A stretch of 64,000 nt of DNA from Blepharisma stoltei ATCC 30299. Lineage: Eukaryota; Protista; Ciliophora. The notes under the pieces are model-generated. The model did not search any database, was not told where the DNA came from, and saw only the letters and a program-made list of their open reading frames with translations. Positions 55,729 through 64,000 of this stretch are shown piece after piece. The stretch covers positions 372,001 to 436,000 of the forward strand of contig CBFDEM010000037.1 in NCBI GenBank assembly GCA_965603825.1. The letters run 5' to 3'. The position numbers were made by a program, and so were the translations under genes. The first letter of the stretch is position 1. Each line of letters starts with the position of its first letter.

Positions 55729-57790
55729 CTAATACAATTGCCATCTTGTAAAATAATCCCAAATCTCCAAATCAGGCACTTGCGTAAGAATCGGCAAAAT
55801 TTCATAATGGGTCTGTTTATAATCTTTTGATATGAATTCATCTCTTTCCATAGACCACACCGATAGCGTATGGTGCCTAAATTCTTCTGATCCTTTTTCA
55901 CAATTCGACATAAAAGTTCCAAAAAGTCCAGAATAAAGTGAATCTGCTAGAAACAGCAAATATTTATTCGTGAACTGGAACTCTCGCGGCCACTGTCTAA
56001 GAATCTGATGAACTGCGTCTAAAAATTGGACAAAAATAGGAGAGCCACCCTTTTGTGACCTGTCTCTAAACCTGTGCCCAAAAGAAAGTCATTCTTTTGA
56101 GATCAAGACTTGGAAACCGTGAAAAGTCCTATAAAAAGGGTCGAGTAAAAGTTGGGCAATTGAGGTAATCTGAGATGTCCGATCCCAGCCATCACTGCAA
56201 TGTACTAAAATGTTGGCGTGTTCATATACCATATAATCCGCGGCAGCTTTTCCTGCGACAAGAAGAGTTTTTAGATGATGAAGTCATCTGGAGTTGTGAA
56301 GAGCTTCAAAAAACCCGTCTTCTTTTTCATAAAGCTGATTAAGGGCATGAAAACTTTGCTGGACTTTATGGATATTGTGGATTTTTAAAAATAAAATTGT
56401 AGAGCTTGGATAGTAAGCTGTAAGCTCGTATCCCTTTCCTGCAGCTTTGTTAGCTTTTGCATTCATTTTAGGCCGGGCATCAAAAATATATGTGATATTA
56501 CACTTTGTTATCAAATCTTCATCTTCTTTGCATCGATAAGATAAAACACCGACTAGAGGTTGGCTGCTTCTGTATAAAGTCACCCCACGTCTATATCAAC
56601 AAACTGTTGGGATCCTGCTTCTGCTTCTGAATTTACTAATACTGATTAGTTCCTCGGTAGATATATAAGAAGGCTCAATCAAGACTGTGGGATAAGAGTC
56701 GCACATTAAATAGTCACTATTAATATGTGTCACTTTTAACTGTCCTCCTTCAAAAGCTCCTAGGCGAGTAAACTCCTATCATAAAATTTACGCGTATTGG
56801 GTCATATACATCCCAACCAAAATCACGAGGCTGTTCTAAAGCTTGATAATAGCGAAAACAAAAAGAGCTGCCATAGTCAGGTGTGTAACGTTCATTAAAT
56901 GATTCAACTGCAGAAGGAGATTCAAAAATATAGTCAATCACTCTTGAATCTTTCGCGTAAATCTATATAGCGATTACTTTTATAACGTTACCTAAGGATT
57001 CAAAGGAATCTATGCAGTAGATATGGACTTCAAAGAAATGAATATATTCTGATGGAGCCATAAATAAAATCCTATAATTAGTTAGATAAAACATACCTTC
57101 CAGTTTCAAGCATCGGCAACTTGCCACACCAGGGTATGAATCTAAGATTAATTCTCCAGCAAATAAATCAGGAGCAGGCAATTGCACTTGCTTTGGAGAT
57201 AGGCTTGTTTCTATACTCTCTGATTTAGACAATGGCTTATTTATTGAAAGCCTGATGTGCATTTCACATGAAGCAATTGCATATTTTTGTAAGCTGAATT
57301 TTACAATGGTAGAAAAATCATCGCTTTCTGCTGTTTGGCTTTGAATATCAGACAATTTATGCAAGGACTGCCCAATAACAGCATTTTGACTTTTAAGTGT
57401 GAGCAAAAGATTATCGTCTCAGCTAAAGTTTTCAAATGTAATAATACTTGAAGAGCTAAATAATTTGCCACTTTGGTCTTCAGAAGATTGAAATACAATT
57501 GATTGAAAATCATGTGAAAGGCTACAGTCGACAATGAACTCTGGGCTAAGATTATTGTTTTTCGTAACGCTGGTCTCAGTGAACTTTAGAAATGTATTAG
57601 GAACCCAGCCTTTGTTTCCAGACGAGTCCATTGCTCAGGACCATAACTCCCTTCTATCTAAAATATGCAACTGTTGGTCTTTTCTGAGAGGCAAGTGAGT
57701 AATGCTTTCTGATCTTACAGTGCTTAATGCTATTGCTTGGTTTATTTTCAGATTAGAAATTTGGGAGATTTGAAGGTGAATGCAATCCAT
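55729..57790 (-). CDS. Active myotubularin phosphoinositide 3-phosphatase with N-terminal SH3 and GRAM-like domains (676 aa), two introns
   Basis: ATG 57790; SH3-like ...GNKGWVPNTFL; G.FYLTNYRILF; GWDVYDPIR|EFTRLG; CDSYP; FRSRSRIP; RSSQP; DARP..NA.AN...GKGYE; catalytic VHCSDGWDRT; EWLSFGHRF. Five TGA(Trp). Confidence 0.92.
56776..56791 (-). other. 16-nt GT-AG intron
   Basis: gtaaattttatgatag (minus strand); removal restores YDPIR-EFTRLG. Confidence 0.85.
56963..56977 (-). other. 15-nt GT-AG intron
   Basis: gtaatcgctatatag (minus strand), phase 0. Confidence 0.82.
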
Positions 57791-58215
57791 TTATAAGTTT
57801 ATTAATTTTCAAAAACAAAGAAGTTAATGATTTATTTAATTATTTATGAGAGTCCGATATTTTATTATGATTATTTGGCTTGTTTTGCTATCTATTAGTA
57901 AATTTTATAAATTTAAAATGCTTTCTTGTCAATTTTTGGCATTAAATTTTACTTTATATGATTATTATAACAAAAATTAATGTGATGCTATTTTCCTTTA
58001 CTATACCTAATAAAAATTATAATTTAAAATTTTTGATATCAATTACTATATTTGTATCTGAAATTATAAAAATATGCCTAAAATTTTGCTTTTTACATTA
58101 TAATTTATTAATATTAATGATTTTATAGTTCATTGGACTCAATGAGTGACCTGGCAAAATAAGAATGAATAGATAATTGCATTATAAATATCAATTATTT
58201 TTGATTCTATTATCA

Positions 58216-58593
58216 TTAAAGATCAGTAATTTTAGATAAAAATGCTGATTGCAGCATTGCTTCTGCGTCAAATTCAATAGTTTTCAATTTCAGCATTCTT
58301 TTTTCTGCCTTTTTTCTTTCCAAGAGTTTATGAATAGCATTTTTGCTTACATATTGCGCAGCAGCAAACAATTGCTCACGATTATAAGGGTCGATATCAT
58401 TTCGATGAGTTCTGAAAGTTATTATTTCATTTACATCGTCGCTAAAAAGGGTTCCCTCATCAATGATAATATCTTCTTTGTCATCATTTATATTGGACTT
58501 TATAGTTAAATCTGGACCTTGTGTTAGATTCTCGTCTTTATTTATTGCCACCTCCATTTCCTTGACGATGCTCGAAGCTTGGCAGCAACCCAT
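58216..58593 (-). CDS. Small MGCC-acylated hypothetical protein (125 aa)
   Basis: ATG-to-TAA ORF starting MGCCQAS. Confidence 0.7.
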   Translation of the reverse strand: MGCCQASSIVKEMEVAINKDENLTQGPDLTIKSNINDDKEDIIIDEGTLFSDDVNEIITFRTHRNDIDPYNREQLFAAAQYVSKNAIHKLLERKKAEKRMLKLKTIEFDAEAMLQSAFLSKITDL

Positions 58594-58917
58594 TATTTAT
58601 TATAAAGCAAAATGAATTATTGGATAAAATAACGGAAAGAGCAATTAATATATTTAGATAAAGAAATAATTTAGATCATGTTTAATGATCATTTATTGCT
58701 TTGAAATTTTATTTACTCAAATATTTTATATACTCTGTATAATTAGTGGCTTACAGGCTCTGACTATGTTATTTAACTAGATCTAAATTTTAGAGCAAGA
58801 TTTCTCTTTTAAAATATTTCTGAGTTATTTTTTATTGCGAAATATTTGCATTTTAATTATTCCCAAAATTAGAGTAAATATTAAAAAATTCAAATTTAAA
58901 TAAATTACAGCCCCCTT

Positions 58918-59319
58918 ATGTCTTCTCAAAGCTCAAAGGTATCTTCAAACGCCTCCAGACAAATAAAAGCCTTTGCATCTGCAGACCTTTCAGAAAAAGA
59001 AAATCTCAGCATATTATCTGAGCCTCAGCTTTTATTTGAAAGCCAATCAATTGGAGATTCAATTTTAAAAGCTCAAATTGAAAATCAAGTTTGCCCTCTA
59101 TGCAAAGGGCACGATCAATACACTAAGGTTCTTCAAGATGCTTTAAGAGAGGTATTAGATCAAAATGAGGTGTTGAGAACAAAAGTGTTTGAACTAGAGG
59201 CGATGCTTAATAAAACAGAAGATGAAGTCAGAAACAAAAATGAATTAATTTTCGAACTTGAATCGGCATTATCTAAAGCCAAACCTAAAAGAAAGTCAAT
59301 GAAAAAAAATAAATCTTAA
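58918..59319 (+). CDS. Small coiled-coil protein with CxxC (133 aa)
   Basis: CPLCKGH followed by heptads and a basic tail. Confidence 0.65.
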   Translation: MSSQSSKVSSNASRQIKAFASADLSEKENLSILSEPQLLFESQSIGDSILKAQIENQVCPLCKGHDQYTKVLQDALREVLDQNEVLRTKVFELEAMLNKTEDEVRNKNELIFELESALSKAKPKRKSMKKNKS

Positions 59320-59592
59320 TTAATTGGTTGTATAACAGAATGTTTTACTAGTTAAATTAACTCTAATTATATAGATCTAATTTTATATTATTAGCATTTC
59401 CAAAATTAACGGCATAAAATTTTAAAAAAGACTTCTAGAAGAGAGAACAGTTCAAATTTCCTCTCGATTTCGGGAAGAAAATGCTGAATTTTTATAATTA
59501 TTTTTATACTTATACTTCTGAATAATAGAAACTGTGAGTTTAGACTATTTAAGGAGCTAGAAGAATTAATTATTGTGGGCATTCTATAGTTT

Positions 59593-60846
59593 TTAAAGAT
59601 CCTTTCCTGGGAGAACATTGCTTGAAAGATTTGATATTTTATAATACGAACCTTTAGAGCTAAACTGGCACATAATCACTAAATATCCCATAAAGTGTGT
59701 ACATAAAGTCGATGAAATAATAAAAAACCAACGATGATATTTCGGGATTTGCCACGACATCACTACAAATAGCGGTACAGAAATAAAGTAAATTGACCCA
59801 AATATCATAAAACTAATAAGAAACGTACGAGTTTTAGATTTGACTTGCTGATATAAGTTTGCTGCGCAATATAAGAAAAAAATTCAAAATGAAAGCCTAA
59901 AAATAAATAAAATTGTTCCTGGCATCCCATCATATATTGAAATTTTTCCAGGGTCTTCATTATGGGCTTTTGAATATCCAATTATAACAATATGGATAAA
60001 AAGCATCAACATTCCGATTGGCAAAAATGTTTCTGAGTCTGGAAATTCATCATGTTTTATGCCCCATCCAGTCGCAATTAGAATCAGCATAGTAATAAAT
60101 AGAAGCTGGGATAAGAATTCACAGAATTGTGAAAATAAGGACAATATTTCCATGCCAATACCATTATATGAATATAATCATAAATGCGTAGTTTCTGAAA
60201 TAATCCCAAGAAGCTCAATACCTATTGTTAAACATAACAAAAATATTTTTTTCTCAATTTTCTCTGTCTGCTGCAAATAATTTTGTAAATTGATAAAGCA
60301 TTGAATAAACGCTATTGCAAATAAGATGCTGCTTGCTGGGTATAAGTATGTCAAAAAATAAGATTCATATGAAATGTGTGACCCGCTCTCTGTTTGAATG
60401 GTGAGCTCTACTTTTACTTTGTATTTTCCTTGAAGCGTACTATTGCATGACGAAACAGTAAAAAATCAAGTGTGAGGAAAAACATTTCTGGCAAGTTCAC
60501 CATGAGTGAAATCTGTTCAATCTCCATTTGGGAGCAAACTCAAAGTTTTTTCTCTTACTTCCTCTTTATCATATTGCTGGCAGAAGACAAGCTGATTAAT
60601 TGAATCCCATTCATAATCTATATGTGTCATGACTTCTAAAGCAATATTGTCAGAAGCTATAGGATTGACTAATTTTGCTCGTAGCTGCCAATATCCTATT
60701 TCAGGTCCTAAATTAAACTTTGATAAGTAAGCCCATCGATTTTGTTTAGAGATGCTAACTATGGTACTGATAGATTTGCTGAAGACTGCACAAGAGAATA
60801 CAATTAAATAAAATAATGAAGTCATAATCATTTTATAGTTATCCAT
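59593..60846 (-). CDS. GPR180/TMEM145-like 7TM protein (about 417 aa)
   Basis: Three track ORFs join through four TGA(Trp). Signal peptide, WAYLSKF, HTWFFTVSSC, SHISYE, HLWLYSYNGIG, LILIATGW, YDGMPG. Confidence 0.85.
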
Positions 60847-61003
60847 TGTTTACAGCAATTAAATTAAAGAAAATTATGAGCATATCTAGTTTTTCTAATT
60901 AAAAATTATAATTAAACACTTTATAGATAAATTATTAGCAAAACTTTAATTGTAAATAAATCAATTTCTATATTCCTTGAATTTAAACTAACCAAATAAT
61001 AAA

Positions 61004-61630
61004 ATGAGAAGTCCCAGGAAAAGAAGCTATTCAAGAAGTAGTTCTTATGAAAGGCGGCATCGACGTTCATCAAGCCGTGATCATTCCTACAGCCGCCACC
61101 GTCATCGCCATCGCCATAGTAGAGATAGATATGATGACTATGACAGGTCTTATCATCGTCGACATCGCTCTCCTCCACGACACGGAGGAATTTCCAACCC
61201 ACCTCCTGGCCATCCTGATGCAAATCCAGGTAACAACATTTATATCTCAAATCTTGCATCGGAAACGACAGAAAATGACCTAAAAGAGCTCTTCTCTAAT
61301 CTTGGGACCATTTTAGACATGAGAATTATCAAAGATCCTTTTACAAAGGAATCACGAAGATTTGGATTTGTGACCTTTGAAAACATGGAAGACGCAGAAG
61401 AGGCAATAAAAACTAAAGATAAATCAGAATTGCAAGGAAAGACTATTAGAGTGGAAAGAGCTCGAAGAAGCAAGCCACATGTCCCTACTCCTGGTGCTTA
61501 TTGTGGGCCTGAAGGCGCTTCGAGTAAATATAGAAATTCTTCAAGCCATAGAAGCAGGAGATCACCTTCACCCCTGGCGGAGAGAAAATCAGCCTCTTCC
61601 AGTCGTCCAATTCCAGATCAGGCTAAATAA
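61004..61630 (+). CDS. SR-rich RRM protein (Tra2/SR45a-like)
   Basis: RS/RH-rich N-terminus, NPGNNIYISNL (RNP2), ESRRFGFVTF (RNP1), IRVERARRSKPHVPTPGAY. Confidence 0.88.
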   Translation: MRSPRKRSYSRSSSYERRHRRSSSRDHSYSRHRHRHRHSRDRYDDYDRSYHRRHRSPPRHGGISNPPPGHPDANPGNNIYISNLASETTENDLKELFSNLGTILDMRIIKDPFTKESRRFGFVTFENMEDAEEAIKTKDKSELQGKTIRVERARRSKPHVPTPGAYCGPEGASSKYRNSSSHRSRRSPSPLAERKSASSSRPIPDQAK

Positions 61631-61741
61631 CGCTACTCCTACATCTTAACAACTCCTTCTAATTCATTTCATACTCATCATTTATAATATCAGCACTACT
61701 CGATACATTATCTCATCATCAATTACCGATTTTTAATTAAT

Positions 61742-62425
61742 TTATTTCAAATTTTGTAAAATATCTTCCCAAACATTTTCAAAACTTTGATTGGCGTTAA
61801 TATTTGCTAAAATTCCTTTGCTTGTATAATAGCTCATTGCATTTACTGTGTTTTCTTTGTATTCCTCAAGTCTTTTATTTAAAGTTTCTAGATTATCCAC
61901 ATCTCTTTGAACCAAAGGCTCTCCAGTAACATCATCTACTTCAGGTGCTTTAGGGGGATTAAACTTAACATGATATCTTCTATTGCTTGGCAAATGAACT
62001 CTTTTTCCTGTAATTCTTTCAGCAAGAATATTATCAGTCGCGTTCAGCTCAATAACTTTATCAATTTTCATACCATTCTCTTCAAGGAACGCATCAAGCT
62101 CTTGAGCTTCCAAAGGAGTTCGGGGAAACCCATCAATGACTGCTCCCCTGCTACATTGCGGATCTTTTAATTTTGCTTTAAGTGTGTCAATCGAATCGAT
62201 TCCTTCTGATCCAGCATTTTCACGAACATTTGATAAAGGGCCTCTTACAGCTAAATGGCATCAGCAATTTTCCTCACTTAATTTAGATGCTTGAGTCCAT
62301 TTCCCTGAGCCTGGTGGGCCAGTAATGATAACTCTTTTTTGGGGCTTGAATGAACACTCAAATCTGCGCTTTACTTCGGCAAAGAGATCGGAATTTGTGA
62401 TATCTCTTAAATCTGGTCTAGACAT
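61742..62425 (-). CDS. Divergent adenylate kinase (AK2-like, long LID), 227 aa
   Basis: ATG 62425; one TGA; GPPGSGKWTQ, IDGFPRT..QA-like region, RITGKRVH..S.R.YH.KFNPPK...DDVTGEPLVQR. Confidence 0.85.
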
Positions 62426-62616
62426 TTATAATTTTATGACCATTAATTTTTGACAATAATTAAATGAGCAACCAACTTAAAGCATCGAAAAATGATCTAA
62501 AAAATATCTATAAGACACTTTTGATAAGTTATAACGATTGTATCATTTTACTGCAATGCTAAGAATAAACATTATTAATCGAATTCTATGAACATTAATT
62601 ACACTTTACCAATCAT

Positions 62617-64000
62617 TTACTCAGGATGTTTATTTTCTAAGCTACACTCTGATGCGCTCTGTGATGTTTCCAGATCTCCATCATCAATCAAAAATAATTT
62701 AATATCAGCTCTAATCGAAAAAATGGAAACTTCTTTATGGAGTTTGAATTTGAAAAATCCAGGCCTATAATTTTCAATCAAATTTTTAGTGGCTTCACTT
62801 ACAGCAATTTTCCCTGATATGCCATTGCTTTCCATTTTATTTGCGATTAATACATCCCTCCCGTATATATCGTATCTTACAATATTAGTCCCAGCTATCC
62901 CTCCTATAATATTTCCTGTATGTATGCCAATTCTCATATTTAACTCTGTAAAATGCTGGCAATTAAATTCATTAATAATTTCTACCATTGAAATTGCGAA
63001 ATTAATGAGATTGAAGCACTCTTCTCCTGGATTTCTTCCTTCTTCACCCTTGTATCCCATAGCAACATAGCAGTCTCCAATAGTGTGTACTTTGTATATA
63101 TTAAATTCTACACATCTTCTATCGAACTGACAGAAAAGCTCATATAGCATGTCAAGAACGCTCTCAGGACTTCTGTTTGAAGACCATGCTGTAAAGCCAA
63201 CAATATCGGCATACAAGAGAGTGACATCTTTTAAAAAGTCAGTCTGAGCAATCTCTTCTTTTAAGTTTTTATATACATGTGGAGGCATCATTTGAGTTAG
63301 TAAATTTTCAGTTTTTTCTAATTCTCTATTCGCATAGTCTTTAAAGGCAAAAATAATTCGTAAGTTTTTTTCTTTATAATAATTTATATGGATGGTGATC
63401 AATGTGATGGATAACAAAACTACTATATATGGCAGTTTATTGTTCGTGTCAAGAAACGATATAAATATAATTGAGGGAATAGACTCAGCTAAAATAGAGA
63501 TGATCAAACGCTTGAAAAATAGGGTTGAGCCAAGTGCTAAAAGGAGTATGTTGAAGGTTAAATAAGAAAATTTTATGAATTCATGAGCGTTTGTATCTAG
63601 AATTCAAAAATTTATAGTTGCAAATGTAACACAAATATAAAAAATTTGTAAAATTCATGGGAATGATCAATGCAGATAAATTCATTTTAATGTTACTGCT
63701 ATTGACATAAAAAGAATTGATAAAGCAAATAGCATGACTGAAAAGTATAAACATCCAGTATCAGATTCATCAGTGCTTATAAAATGCCCTATCTTTACTA
63801 AAAACATAATAAAATTGCATAAAGAACTTACAATCAATACACAATAAATGCATATTGAATTATTTTCCATCACTTGACTTCTGAAAAGTTTCTCTTTTTC
63901 TCCTTCTTTGCACTTAAATGAAAAGCATTTAATGGGTTCAATTATATCACTTTCTCTTCTCTCAAATAGTTCAGAAGGATCCAGTAGATCAAAATTTTGG
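62617..64000 (-). CDS. 3' part of a membrane nucleotidyl cyclase (alveolate-type guanylyl cyclase-like); 5' end outside the window
   Basis: Frame is open to the window edge with three TGA(Trp). TM bundle, then LL.QMMP.HV, VTLLYADIVGFT, YKVHTIGDCY, MRIGIHTG, RYDIYGRDVLIANKMESNG. Confidence 0.88.

Noticed and set aside
1-64000. CRISPR arrays, operons, rRNA, prokaryotic defence systems
   Set aside because: No regularly spaced repeats or rRNA motifs seen; gene content and introns are eukaryotic.

Overview
This is AT-rich, very gene-dense eukaryotic nuclear DNA, not prokaryotic. It holds about 47 protein genes, one tRNA-Ala(AGC) and one candidate box C/D guide RNA. Two properties explain why the supplied ORF track is fragmented. 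(1) TGA is read as Trp: more than 50 in-frame TGAs (hand count), many at invariant Trp positions, and every complete gene ends in TAA or TAG. (2) Spliceosomal introns are tiny: eleven 15-nt and three 16-nt GT-AG introns, plus one probable 19-nt GC-AG intron. Together with ciliary and alveolate-type genes, this points by inference to the macronuclear genome of a heterotrich ciliate, most likely Blepharisma. Recognisable genes include a P2C Na+/K+-type ATPase, mitochondrial DnaJ, RPL30, UFL1, ARL8, ATP12, DAW1, CFDP1/Swc5, p24, a BAH-PHD reader, a cNMP-gated K+ channel, ODA-DC2, a TPX2-like protein, GPx, a 2-oxoglutarate/malate carrier, an FLVCR-like MFS transporter, an SH3-myotubularin and an alveolate-type guanylyl cyclase. 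The most interesting unexplained signals are: a candidate C/D RNA antisense to the U6 internal stem-loop; a four-HTH protein resembling transposase DNA-binding modules; a GC-AG donor competing with a perfect but frameshifting 15-nt intron in ATP12; a 1-nt gap between two same-strand genes; position- and gene-dependent use of UGA-Trp; a double-Alba RG-rich protein; and a degenerate adenylate kinase. I found no CRISPR array, rRNA, telomeric repeat or intact mobile element. All gene models were built by hand without database searches.
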